A stretch of 64,000 bases of DNA. It comes from a virus. The position numbers and the translations under genes are program-made. The stretch is from the IMG/VR virus record IMGVR_UViG_3300028283_000002, positions 6,438-70,437 of that record. One strand, 5' to 3'. The first letter of the stretch is position 1; the number at the start of each line of letters is the position of its first letter. Below the pieces are notes generated by a model that saw nothing but the letters and a program-made list of their open reading frames with translations, was not told the origin of the DNA and ran no database searches. Below, in pieces: positions 20,233 to 30,012 of the stretch.

Positions 20233-20698
20233 CCCAATCCTCCTCTCCGTAAGGATCATGTTTAGATACTATGACTTTTGGTTGAATAAATGTAAATTCA
20301 TACATTTCTTTTGTAGATAAGATAAACAGAGAATCATCTGCTTTCACATTGATAACAATAGAATCATCTATAATTTCTACACCGTGATTTTTACCTACCG
20401 TGACTTTATGACCAGCCTTTGCCCCAAAAACTAAGAAAGGCTCGTTTTGACTGATTAAAATGGTGCTAGTACCAATATGTCTTAATCTAATATATCTTCC
20501 ACTAGATTCACATATTGCCTTGATTCTATTACCACAAGCAATTATATCTTTGTGATCTAAATTGTACAACTCTTTTAAAGACATAACCATAGGTTTATTC
20601 TTTCTTTCATCTTCTGTTTCGTGTGGGGGAAGAGCCAAAGGGGCATTCTTAAAAAGACTAGCATCAGATTGATCGAATTGTTCGTAAGTTTTTATCAT
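20222..20698 (-). CDS. CTS-like N-terminus plus DPYGEE tail protein
   Basis: MIKTYEQFDQS ... HDPYGEEDWDDH*. Confidence 0.8.
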   Translation of the reverse strand: MIKTYEQFDQSDASLFKNAPLALPPHETEDERKNKPMVMSLKELYNLDHKDIIACGNRIKAICESSGRYIRLRHIGTSTILISQNEPFLVFGAKAGHKVTVGKNHGVEIIDDSIVINVKADDSLFILSTKEMYEFTFIQPKVIVSKHDPYGEEDWDDH

Positions 20699-20726
20699 GA
20701 TTCTATATATAAAATTTTAATTTTAA

Positions 20727-21131
20727 TTAATCGTCCCACTCCTCTTCACCGTACGGATCTTCTATCGTATAAATTCTTTTCGCTAACGCAACCTTAACTG
20801 GAAACTCTAAATTAACCATTATATCGGCATTTCTAATATCAAACCATATTTTGTGAATAGTTTTATTAGTGTGCCTATCGTATCTCTCGCTATATTTTAT
20901 TCTCTCGACCGTAACGGTCATTGGTTCAACCATTTTAATTATTTCTCCCGATGTATCACTATACATCCAATGAAATTGTACTATCTTATTTAAAAATAAT
21001 TTATCCAGATATCTAGTAAGAAGTCCGTTATCATTTAGTTCCCACATTTCAATTGTATCAATATAATCATCACATATTTTTAGAAGATCATACGATTTGT
21101 AACTTGAAAAATTTTCAAATATCTTAATCAT
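20727..21131 (-). CDS. CTS-like N-terminus, putative beta-barrel, DPYGEE tail protein
   Basis: MIKIFENFSSY ... EDPYGEEEWDD*. Confidence 0.8.
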   Translation of the reverse strand: MIKIFENFSSYKSYDLLKICDDYIDTIEMWELNDNGLLTRYLDKLFLNKIVQFHWMYSDTSGEIIKMVEPMTVTVERIKYSERYDRHTNKTIHKIWFDIRNADIMVNLEFPVKVALAKRIYTIEDPYGEEEWDD

Positions 21132-21570
21132 CCCACTCCTCCTCTCCATATGGATCTAAGGTCTTATCAACAACTATCTTTTTCCTTTCTTCTTTTAAAT
21201 GTACTATTACTGGTTCTAACGGGTAAACTTCATATGTATCAATATGACCAGACACCATAAAACTTATCGTAACATCAAAATCAAAAAAAGTAGTTACATC
21301 TACACTCAATATAACTCCAGTGATCTTCATCCCCTTCTTTTTTTCAATGTTACCTCGTGGATTTACATATTCCTCATCTTTATAAAATGTGCAAAGTTTA
21401 TTTAACACTTTCCTTTTTAATATCTCTTCAAATTGTTGGCAATCAACGTAATCGTCGTCTGGATTACAACATTTTTGACCTATATCAACAAGACTAACTT
21501 CTTCCGTGAATGGATATTCTAATAGAAGATCATCTATTTTATTTTCAAATATTTCAAATTTAGTTATCAT
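21124..21570 (-). CDS. CTS-like N-terminus, putative beta-barrel, DPYGEE tail protein
   Basis: MITKFEIFENK ... LDPYGEEEWDD*. Confidence 0.8.
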   Translation of the reverse strand: MITKFEIFENKIDDLLLEYPFTEEVSLVDIGQKCCNPDDDYVDCQQFEEILKRKVLNKLCTFYKDEEYVNPRGNIEKKKGMKITGVILSVDVTTFFDFDVTISFMVSGHIDTYEVYPLEPVIVHLKEERKKIVVDKTLDPYGEEEWDD

Positions 21571-22112
21571 AAAAAGGCTTTCATTGTGCTAGAAAAAAGT
21601 CTTGCTCTTACTCTATCTAGTACTATTTCTTTTTCTAAAAACCAACCCCAAGTATCTTTTATATAAGGGCGTTTATGTGGACCTATAACTAATAAATTAT
21701 CACTTGATTCCCCTAATGTAAATAAGAACGGTGGAAGTTTACTTTCATCTAATAAGTGTAGGGCGTAACTGCATATTACTAAAGAATAAGAACGATTACG
21801 TAACGATCCCTTCATAATATCTTCAAACTTCATACTTAAACAAGGTCTTCCTGTTTCTTTAGTATATTCAGTAGAAAGGAAACCGTCTACAGCTTCTATA
21901 TTATGTACTCCTAATTCCTCAAGAATTTTAGTTACTTCACCTTTGCCAGCAGCCAGATCAAGCACACTAGTGAAATCTAAATCCCAATAATTATAAATAT
22001 AATTAATTGTTTTTTTAATAGCTTCTTCGTGTGGGTTTTGATAATCACCAGCGTGGAAAGCGTAGAAATTTTTAACTCCGAATTTTTGATATTGATCTCT
22101 TATAGAATCCAT
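21567..22112 (-). CDS. Class I SAM-dependent methyltransferase
   Basis: SVLDLAAGKGEVT, EAVDGF, VICSYALHL. Confidence 0.75.
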   Translation of the reverse strand: MDSIRDQYQKFGVKNFYAFHAGDYQNPHEEAIKKTINYIYNYWDLDFTSVLDLAAGKGEVTKILEELGVHNIEAVDGFLSTEYTKETGRPCLSMKFEDIMKGSLRNRSYSLVICSYALHLLDESKLPPFLFTLGESSDNLLVIGPHKRPYIKDTWGWFLEKEIVLDRVRARLFSSTMKAFL

Positions 22113-22144
22113 GTGACTATATATAAAATATTAGTCCCAGTTTT

Positions 22145-22474
22145 CTATTCATCCCAATCCTCCTCCCCGTAAGGATCTGCTTCACTAAATATAATTTTAG
22201 GTTCTTTATGACGTTTGAAATTATTATTATCAGTTGTTACTCCATTAATATCACCTGTTAATCTGTAAAAAACATCAGTATCATCGTCGTAAGTGAAAGC
22301 CTCAGCCATTTTATGGCAAGTTTTACAAAGGTTAATACCGTGAGTTTTAAGGTATTCTTTTTCGTATAATTTTTTAAATTTTTTATTTGAATGTAGAGTT
22401 ACAGGAATATAGTGATGAAAAGTTGATTCCATCTCCCTACCACATATTTCACATATCCCCATAATTATATTCAT
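22145..22474 (-). CDS. Zn-binding HNH-like domain fused to DPYGEE tail
   Basis: CEICG...FHHYIP...LCKTCH, then ADPYGEEDWDE*. Confidence 0.6.
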   Translation of the reverse strand: MNIIMGICEICGREMESTFHHYIPVTLHSNKKFKKLYEKEYLKTHGINLCKTCHKMAEAFTYDDDTDVFYRLTGDINGVTTDNNNFKRHKEPKIIFSEADPYGEEDWDE

Positions 22475-23384
22475 TTATCAATCCAACAGTTTTACTCAAA
22501 ATGTATCTATTTCTACGTCTCATTTGATTCATAAGAGCACCTATTTTTTTCAACGGTTTTTTATCTTCTTGTTTTAAATTTCTAAGAAATTGTTTAGTCC
22601 TCTCAGTTCCTATGTCTCTTAAATTTATAGTGTCTGATAAAGTTAAACACCTTCTGTAAAGTTCTTCCCTTTCTTTGTAAACGTTACTAATGAGTATTTC
22701 GTCTTTTAACGTTTGGTAATCAGGATCATCTATTTTACTAATTTCTTCTTTTAATTTTTTCAATTTTAATAAATAACTATCATCCATAGTTTTTAACAAA
22801 ATATCTAAAAATCTATCCCACTCAAAAAATGTGTTATCTTCTTTAAGAGTTTCCACGTGATTTTTTATTTTGAGAAACTCGTATCCCATTATATACATTA
22901 TCTCATCAAAATAATATCTATGAACTTTATTGAATTCGTTGGTTAAATTATCGAACAATGGTGAGTCTGCTAAAAACTTATCACCTGTATCTGAAAGCGG
23001 TGAAGTTCTAGATATTATTACTATTAATCTGTAATTTTTTAATTTACCGTCGTCGCCAAGTATTACATTACCATGTGTGTCTAACCATTCAGAAGTTGTT
23101 AATATATCACGCTCTTCAATGTTAGATATTATACAATCATCGTAATTCATTCTTTTAGTTGATAATAATATAGAGTCGTTAGAAAAAATACCACTTTCTC
23201 TCACAAACCCCTTAGCGTTCCTACATCTTCCAAGAATGTTTTTGTAATGGAATTCGAAATTCTTATTCTCTTTAAATTTTTTAATGAAATATTTATTTAG
23301 ATAATTTCTGAGCACGAAAGTATATTCGTTTGGTTTATACGCCAAACCAACATCACTTCTGTTACAAGCTTCCCAGAAATTCAT
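22449..23384 (-). CDS. Hypothetical protein
   Basis: 311-aa ORF. Confidence 0.65.
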   Translation of the reverse strand: MNFWEACNRSDVGLAYKPNEYTFVLRNYLNKYFIKKFKENKNFEFHYKNILGRCRNAKGFVRESGIFSNDSILLSTKRMNYDDCIISNIEERDILTTSEWLDTHGNVILGDDGKLKNYRLIVIISRTSPLSDTGDKFLADSPLFDNLTNEFNKVHRYYFDEIMYIMGYEFLKIKNHVETLKEDNTFFEWDRFLDILLKTMDDSYLLKLKKLKEEISKIDDPDYQTLKDEILISNVYKEREELYRRCLTLSDTINLRDIGTERTKQFLRNLKQEDKKPLKKIGALMNQMRRRNRYILSKTVGLINEYNYGDM

Positions 23385-23659
23385 CGTCCAACAAAATTAA
23401 TCAAACAATATTCTTCTTCTATGTTGTTTTCTATCACAAATGATATAACATCAGCAACTTCTTGTTCTTCTAAATATCTATCACCAGCCACTACCCAAGT
23501 ACAGTCTGATTCGTAATCGTCCCACGTACTGAATATAACCTGATCAAGAGGAATACCTTTATCCAAAAGAGCTTCATGAAGTTCGCTCATATCTATTTCT
23601 GAAAATTCATCTATAAATGAAAATCCATAAATTGTCGCGTTATCTGGTAATTCAGCCAT
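23381..23659 (-). CDS. Hypothetical acidic protein
   Basis: 92-aa ORF with overlapping start and stop codons. Confidence 0.55.
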   Translation of the reverse strand: MAELPDNATIYGFSFIDEFSEIDMSELHEALLDKGIPLDQVIFSTWDDYESDCTWVVAGDRYLEEQEVADVISFVIENNIEEEYCLINFVGR

Positions 23660-24009
23660 TATTTTAGTCTTAAATATTTAACCCAAGCGTAGGGCTTTCT
23701 TTTCTTCAAATAATTTAATTCGTACTGATTCTTGTAAGCTTCTCTCTCAAAGGACATACAAGTATAAGCAGTATCTTTATCTCTTATAGTTTTAATTATC
23801 AATTCAACTATATACCAAATATAAAATGGCAATATTAGCATTTCTAATTGTTGACGCCAATGTATCTTCTCGTGGTTTAATACACATTCGTTCTTGATAT
23901 CTCTTGGATCAATGTATATAGCGAAAGGACATAAAGATATACCAGTGAAAGGACCGAATATGAAACTAAATGTAAATCTAACGAATTTATTGATCGGACG
24001 TATTCTCAT
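23659..24009 (-). CDS. HExxH-containing conserved protein (Bacteroidota-type)
   Basis: GISLCPF...NHEKIHWRQQLEML...FYIWY...SFEREAY. Confidence 0.6.
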   Translation of the reverse strand: MRIRPINKFVRFTFSFIFGPFTGISLCPFAIYIDPRDIKNECVLNHEKIHWRQQLEMLILPFYIWYIVELIIKTIRDKDTAYTCMSFEREAYKNQYELNYLKKRKPYAWVKYLRLK

Positions 24010-25024
24010 CTTTTAAAAGATTATATTGATCATCAAGTGTACTAAAAAATCCAATTCCCATATATTCTTCCGTGTTCTTATTGAAGAGTCTGGCAGTATT
24101 CTTATATACTTCTATAACTACGTGATTAGTATAATATTCTTTGTATGTTCCTTGTGAGATGAACTCAAACATATTAGATGAGAGATCATCATTGAAGAAT
24201 GTCTCATCTAATGTATTAAGTGGTTCTTTCTGTTCCCAATGTCTTTGTAGTATCATATCTTTTAATGACTTTCAGCGTGAATTATTCCTCTAATAAATGG
24301 TATCTCTTCAATATCACAGATTTGACCATATTCACCATTCCAAACGTATTTTAAATCACCGTCTTCAACAATATAATTATCGTCGTCTTCAATCATAAGA
24401 TTAAAGAGATCTTCTTTGTTCTTGGCTAAGGCTGTAATAGTAATGGTGTCGTAACACACTTGATAAATTTTTAGTTTTTCCATATTAGTCGCCCCAATTT
24501 TCTTCCCCGTAAGGGTCTTCACTATTTATTTTTATAATTCCTTTTTCTAAAAGTTTCCTTCTATACGCCACTTTATTATTTTTATTGGTTTTTCTATAAG
24601 TTCAAAATATATTTGGAATAAAAATTCACAAACAAGAATTAAGACTAAAATTAGTATTGTAAAAACAACAAAAAATATACTAACTGGTGTATAAACAGCG
24701 ATCTTAGATAATATATCCATATTCCTATTATCTTCGGGATCGGATATGTAATAAGCAGCTAAACTACTCAGGAAATATAATAATAAAAAACCAATTAACC
24801 AAATCATAAATTTAATTTTTAGAAATCTGGTTTATATCGTCAACTATATGTTTAATACCATTTCTCATTAATATCATCACCAACTTCGCTTTATCTTGAT
24901 CGTTATCAACATTCAAATTAAAAGGAGTCTTCTCACTTATTACTGTGATAGTGTGCGGAGTATCTCTCTTCTCTTTAAACCATCCTGAAATTGCTTTTGC
25001 TCCTGCTTCGTCTATAATTGGCAT
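23987..25024 (-). CDS. Run of four small hypothetical genes (23987-24256, 24262-24522, 24547-24807 membrane, 24812-25024)
   Basis: Contiguous co-oriented ORFs of 70-89 aa. Confidence 0.5.
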
Positions 25025-25038
25025 ACCTTATATTTATT

Positions 25039-25857
25039 TCAATAATTATATATTAATACTTCTTGTGAGTTTTTAGTGTTTTTATTTCTCGCCACCTTTT
25101 CGTAATCCCCCTCAAGTATAGTGTATTTGTAACCATCTGAAATTAACTTATCTATTATCTCTGATCTCTTACCGTTCTTATGTTCACCTAAAACACCAGA
25201 TAAAGCAAATGAGTTACCATTTTTACCAGAGTTAACAAGGTATTCATACAACTTCTTTTCTAATTCAACAGACCAGAAAGCGTTATAACCCGCTTCTGTA
25301 TTAGTGTAAGGAGGATCTGCGTAAATCATAGAAGGTTCGTACAATTTAACGTCGTAAAAATTACCACTTCTATAATCTACTTTCTTCATATATTTTTGAA
25401 TATGGTTCACAAATTCAAATACTTTCTTTTGTGTGTTATCGTTCCATCCGCGTTTACCCCAAGTCTGATTAAATCCACCCTTCTTGTTAAATCGCATCAT
25501 ATTGTTTGTACAAGACAACATAAGAGCCCATAAAACATCAGATCCTCCAATTTCGTTATAATGATCTCTCAATTTATTGTACATACCTTGGTCATTTTTA
25601 CAAATGGCAAGCGTTTTAACATCTTCTATGACTCCATTTGGACGAAGCATAAGTTCTCTATGTATTCCGACTAGATCATCTATTACGTCATTGATTACGA
25701 CCTCATCGTATTTATCTAAAACATTAACGTAGACAGATCCTCCACCAACGAAAAGGTCAACGAATGTTTTCTTACTATAATCAAATAAAGGTAGTAATTG
25801 TTCCAGTAAAGGGAATTTACTACCAGTGAAATTAAACGGTGGATTTATCATCGTCAT
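25039..25857 (-). CDS. dam: Dam-like (D12 class) DNA adenine methyltransferase
   Basis: PFNFTGSK, FVDLFVGGGSV, INDV, MRFNKKGGFN, IYADPPY. Confidence 0.88.
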   Translation of the reverse strand: MTMINPPFNFTGSKFPLLEQLLPLFDYSKKTFVDLFVGGGSVYVNVLDKYDEVVINDVIDDLVGIHRELMLRPNGVIEDVKTLAICKNDQGMYNKLRDHYNEIGGSDVLWALMLSCTNNMMRFNKKGGFNQTWGKRGWNDNTQKKVFEFVNHIQKYMKKVDYRSGNFYDVKLYEPSMIYADPPYTNTEAGYNAFWSVELEKKLYEYLVNSGKNGNSFALSGVLGEHKNGKRSEIIDKLISDGYKYTILEGDYEKVARNKNTKNSQEVLIYNY

Positions 25858-26599
25858 AGTCTTTCTTCTTTCTCACTTTACCAGCAACTACATTATCAGT
25901 TGCTAATTTTACGTACTCCGCTGAAATATCGAAACCAATATATTTTCTACCCAATTTACTAGCCACTACAGCAGTAGTACCAATACCCATGAAAGGATCA
26001 AGTACAACGTCACCAGGTAATGTAGTAGCCATAATACAATGCTCTACTAATTCTTCTGGGAATGGAGCTGGATGTGGAAGATTAACTTTGGGTGAAATTC
26101 TCCATATACTCTGTTGTTCAACGAGTTGTTTCTTGTAAAACTTGGGTGCTAACTTATTATCTTTTGTTAACCAATATACTAATTCATATACAGGTTGAAA
26201 GAAATATTTTGAGTTATTAACATCAGCTTTCCTGTCCCATATAATAGTTTGATATAGATTTAATTTAGATTTACTAACCCAAACGTAAGGAGAGTATTCT
26301 GTTTTATCATATCTTCTATTCTTATGGTTATAGAAAAACGAACCACCTGGTTTTAAAACTCTCTGTATCTCATCCAGAATAGATATTTGCCACACTTGGT
26401 ATTCTTCTTCTGGCATGTTATCGTCAAAACTTTCGTAAGTGATATAACCGTTCCAGTCTCCACCTTTTTGTTTTTTTCCCTTTAAGAGTCCAAGTTTATT
26501 GTATGGCGGCGAACTTATTCCACAATCTACACTATTATCGTCTATAGATCTTAGTCCATCTAATACGTCCATATAATATATCTTATTCGGTTCAAGCAT
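25832..26599 (-). CDS. Beta-class N4/N6 DNA methyltransferase
   Basis: SSPPYN, HPAPFPEELV, VVLDPFMGIGTT. Confidence 0.9.
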   Translation of the reverse strand: MLEPNKIYYMDVLDGLRSIDDNSVDCGISSPPYNKLGLLKGKKQKGGDWNGYITYESFDDNMPEEEYQVWQISILDEIQRVLKPGGSFFYNHKNRRYDKTEYSPYVWVSKSKLNLYQTIIWDRKADVNNSKYFFQPVYELVYWLTKDNKLAPKFYKKQLVEQQSIWRISPKVNLPHPAPFPEELVEHCIMATTLPGDVVLDPFMGIGTTAVVASKLGRKYIGFDISAEYVKLATDNVVAGKVRKKKDYDDDKSTV

Positions 26600-26985
26600 T
26601 TTTTAATATCCTTTCAAATTCTTCTTTTTTCCTATTCAAATATATAGTTGAATTATCATAAAAATAATGATATATAGATTTGATATCATCTATAGTCCAC
26701 CAATCAATATAACCAAATTTATTATCATTGTATTTATAAATTTTTCTCTCTTTTGTTTTATAATTCTCCGATATAATTTGTCCGAGTGAATTTAACATAT
26801 CATCTGACCCAGACACAAAATTAACTATATTTGTTTTTTGATTGGTTCTATATCACCATTCCATTTTCTTATCTGTGATGCTGAAATAGATCCGTCTCCA
26901 TCAAAATACCCTCTTATAAAATGTTTAGTATTTCTTTGATGAGTTTTTTGGCTTTTATTGACATAACTACTTGTTCTATACCAAA
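26592..26985 (-). pseudogene. Degenerate or frameshifted LAGLIDADG homing endonuclease
   Basis: Unannotated frame HFIRGYFDGDGSI (about 26885-26925); +1 A at the A6 run near 26838 joins to NIVNFVSGSDDML...IYLNRKKEEF; no upstream start in frame. Confidence 0.7.
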
Positions 26986-27144
26986 ATCAGTATCATCTTC
27001 AACTTCTTTTATGCAATCAGTTATTGAATAGACATCGACTCCAGCGTATATTTTAACAGTATTAGGATTTTTAATCCCTCTTAGATTTTTTAGAACCTCA
27101 GATTTCTCCATCTGATATTCTTCTTTATAATTTAATTTTTCCAT
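26914..27144 (-). CDS. Hypothetical protein overlapping the LAGLIDADG remnant
   Basis: 76-aa ORF. Confidence 0.45.
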   Translation of the reverse strand: MEKLNYKEEYQMEKSEVLKNLRGIKNPNTVKIYAGVDVYSITDCIKEVEDDTDFGIEQVVMSIKAKKLIKEILNIL

Positions 27145-27148
27145 ATTT

Positions 27149-28030
27149 TTATTCTTTTGGGATTTCTACTTTACTTACTAAAGTCATATAATTCTTGTTA
27201 ATAAATGAACAGTTTGAACCAAAACGTTTGGACATTTTTTCGTCCCATCCTCTTTGTGAAAGAATATAAATACATTCAGCTCCATCATAGAAGTTGAAGA
27301 ATATATAACCTTTATCGTCAATATGTAATTTAACTTCTACAAAAGTAAATTTGATATTCTTTGAGAAGTCAACCACTTTAAATTCAACAGTATCTTCCAC
27401 TTTTGAGAAGAAACCTTTAATTGGTTTTACACCAGCGTATTCGTAGGCGTAACCACATTCATTAAAACAGAAGAAACTTGCAAAATTTGATGGGGTCATG
27501 AAAGCAATGGTTTTACTTTCATTATAGAGTGGTTGCATATAAGTCTTATACCACTCAATGTCCTTGTCTTTAGAAAAAAGAAAATCTCTTATTGATTCGA
27601 CATTCATGTGATGAAAGTCGAGAAAATCAAATTTATCCAACTGGTAAAAAAGGAAGTATTTAATGTTAGAATCGAAACCTTTGATATAGTCCTCGAGTTT
27701 GAGGTCTTTGAGTTTCATAGTGCCTTGTACACTGGCGTAATTTTTAATATCAATTATGATACCAAGTAAGGCACAGAGAATATCACCACGTAACGCGGAA
27801 GCGTCTCTGATACCTACCATTTTCTCGTTCTTTTCAAGAAAGAGTTTAGCTAAATTCTTTTTGATTGTTTTATTGTTTTCGTTATCCCCGTCTTTAGAAT
27901 CGATATTGGTGAGATCGTCAATAGAAATATTGGCTTGAATTAAATCTTTTCTAAATCCTGGATATTTAAGGAGGTAGTACCATAACATGACTTCCCAATC
28001 CTTACCATTTTGTGTAGCATTCTTTCCCAT
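27149..28030 (-). CDS. Putative PD-(D/E)XK restriction endonuclease-like protein
   Basis: N-terminal QNGKDWE helix, RGDILC...IDIKN catalytic-like pattern; upstream of two MTases. Confidence 0.45.
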   Translation of the reverse strand: MGKNATQNGKDWEVMLWYYLLKYPGFRKDLIQANISIDDLTNIDSKDGDNENNKTIKKNLAKLFLEKNEKMVGIRDASALRGDILCALLGIIIDIKNYASVQGTMKLKDLKLEDYIKGFDSNIKYFLFYQLDKFDFLDFHHMNVESIRDFLFSKDKDIEWYKTYMQPLYNESKTIAFMTPSNFASFFCFNECGYAYEYAGVKPIKGFFSKVEDTVEFKVVDFSKNIKFTFVEVKLHIDDKGYIFFNFYDGAECIYILSQRGWDEKMSKRFGSNCSFINKNYMTLVSKVEIPKE

Positions 28031-28093
28031 AACAGTTTTGTGTTAGTTATAACTAATACAAATATAATAAAAATTATTTGGAATAAAAAATTA

Positions 28094-28414
28094 TTAAGGT
28101 TTTTCTTTAGTAGCACATGTGACTTTATACCAGTCACTAACCATGTTGGGTTTAAAACACATAAAACCGCCTTTTTCTTCTAGATCTTTAACTACACCCA
28201 TTGATCTATTTATATCACATTTGGAATTTTTAAAATTACCCACGTTAACTGATGAATTACCATTATATATAGCTCCAACTGGATTTTTCATATATACTGT
28301 ATCACCTATTTCAAAATCACCTGTATTTGGTTCGAAATCAGCTCTCTCTGGTGGTAATAAAGCACCACTCGTGTACCATCTAACAGCCTCAAATTGTTTG
28401 AATTTAGTCTCCAT
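28094..28414 (-). CDS. CTS-like N-terminus plus SH3-like protein
   Basis: METKFKQFEAVRWY; FEIGDTVYMK. Confidence 0.65.
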   Translation of the reverse strand: METKFKQFEAVRWYTSGALLPPERADFEPNTGDFEIGDTVYMKNPVGAIYNGNSSVNVGNFKNSKCDINRSMGVVKDLEEKGGFMCFKPNMVSDWYKVTCATKEKP

Positions 28415-29756
28415 CTGTTACTATATTCTTTATATCTTCTACGTATTTATAGAGTCTCTTTTGGTAATCTTTCTCTCTATATTCTTTATTCGTCATTAAA
28501 TATACAACGTAACAGAAATATAAAATCTTATCTTTGAATAATTCTTTACCAACTTCGCCACCAACATATCTAAATTCCACGTAACCAGGACTATGATCTA
28601 ATTCTACTAATTTAATACCAAACTCTTTAATATAGAAATCTTTATTGGCTTTGATTAGGTATGGGTTTAAGAAATCTTCCACTTGTTCAATATTATGAAT
28701 ATCTAATTTTTCTATATTTTGTTTAATATAATCTTTGTGTGTGGCTAATCTGTCCTTGTGTCTGAAACCAAGGTTCCATAGTTTTTCTTTATTTCTTGTT
28801 TTATAATCTTGTTTAATTTCACCAGTGAGGTTTCTTCTTATACCGTCAAGTAAACTTTGTGTGAATCTATTATTTGCTCTCCACATTATATCACTAAATA
28901 CAAATGGTGTTCTTTGATCTCTGTTCATATCACCCATTAATACCAACCCCTTCAAAGGATTCCATTTGATTTTTTTATCGTTAACACCAATATTAACGTG
29001 TAAAGCTGTTCTTTTCTTATCCATTTTCCAGAAATCTTGTTGATCAAATTCTTCGTAAAAATCATCGAGTTGTTCGAAACATTCATTCAAACTCTTAATG
29101 TAAGTTTTACTTGAAAATTCAAGAATTCTCTGTTTATCCATATCCCCCTCTAATTCGTATTTGAAAGTATCTCCGTACTTAGCGTAGAATTTTGGCATAT
29201 GTTCTTTGAAATTATCAACGAGATAACCCATATTCTGTCCGTAGACAAACATAGTCAAGTTCTTTAACATCAATGTAGCGATGTAATCATCTACATCAGT
29301 TTCCCAAGCTCTATTAATCTTTCTATCTGTTCTATCCTCGTCATCTGGATCAACTTTGGATAAAAGGAAATCTATAAAAAAATTAACCCAAGTCCAAGTA
29401 ACATATTGTTGATGAAGTTTTTGTAAAGCTTTCTTACCTAGTTTGGCTGTTTCGTTCTCAGCAAACATCTTTTTCTCGTTTTCTTCTAATCTCTTCTTTG
29501 GTAATTTATAACTATCATCAAATCTGTAACCTATCTTACCTCTAGACATATCTAAAAGAATCTGGTCCTTAACAAAACCAAATGTCCTATTAATCTCCTC
29601 TTCTGTTTCTAGATAAGGTTCGTCGTCGAGATCGAAGTCAGCAACTAGTTCGTACTCAATGGATAACGTGAAATGATCAGACATTGATTGAACAAAGTCC
29701 TTATCTTTTCTATTGAATTCGTTTAAGAAATTGAAATAATTGTTAAGTAAGTCCAC
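28404..29756 (-). CDS. Putative amidoligase (COOH-NH2 ligase, Amidoligase_2-like)
   Basis: SIEYEL, YELEGD, LEFSS, TALHVNIG, YVEFRYVGG. Start reassigned to GTG 29756 (VDLLNNYFNFLNE) behind a TTATATATA motif. Confidence 0.7.
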   Translation of the reverse strand: MDLLNNYFNFLNEFNRKDKDFVQSMSDHFTLSIEYELVADFDLDDEPYLETEEEINRTFGFVKDQILLDMSRGKIGYRFDDSYKLPKKRLEENEKKMFAENETAKLGKKALQKLHQQYVTWTWVNFFIDFLLSKVDPDDEDRTDRKINRAWETDVDDYIATLMLKNLTMFVYGQNMGYLVDNFKEHMPKFYAKYGDTFKYELEGDMDKQRILEFSSKTYIKSLNECFEQLDDFYEEFDQQDFWKMDKKRTALHVNIGVNDKKIKWNPLKGLVLMGDMNRDQRTPFVFSDIMWRANNRFTQSLLDGIRRNLTGEIKQDYKTRNKEKLWNLGFRHKDRLATHKDYIKQNIEKLDIHNIEQVEDFLNPYLIKANKDFYIKEFGIKLVELDHSPGYVEFRYVGGEVGKELFKDKILYFCYVVYLMTNKEYREKDYQKRLYKYVEDIKNIVTDGD

Positions 29757-29808
29757 TTTATATAGAAGGTTTTTTCTTCTATATATAAAAAAAGAAAATC
29801 TAATCTTT

Positions 29809-30012
29809 TTAATCGAAGATTCTATAAAGAATTTCATCAGGTTTTCTGTCCTTACAGGTATCGTCAAGACAGTACAATCCAGATCCACCGTTATCGTATT
29901 CTATATAAACATTATGAATACTAATAACATTTTTTATTTCGCCTGTATCGCCATCAGTATCTACTATTCTGGTGCCAATTACGATGTCTTCGGGTTTAAG
30001 TAACTCTTTCAT
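29809..30012 (-). CDS. Small SH3-like hypothetical protein
   Basis: IVIGTRIVDTDGDTGEIK. Confidence 0.55.
   Translation of the reverse strand: MKELLKPEDIVIGTRIVDTDGDTGEIKNVISIHNVYIEYDNGGSGLYCLDDTCKDRKPDEILYRIFD

Noticed and set aside
19855-22177. Recurring ~18-nt CTCTTCACCGTAAGGATC-like sequence as a CRISPR or DNA repeat array
   Set aside because: Copies are hundreds of bp to kb apart, in frame within genes, and vary at synonymous positions; this is the DPYGEE peptide motif
29757-29888. Track start of the amidoligase at 29888
   Set aside because: Overlaps 29809..30012, gives a low-complexity N-terminus, and contains the TTATATATA motif just upstream of GTG 29756
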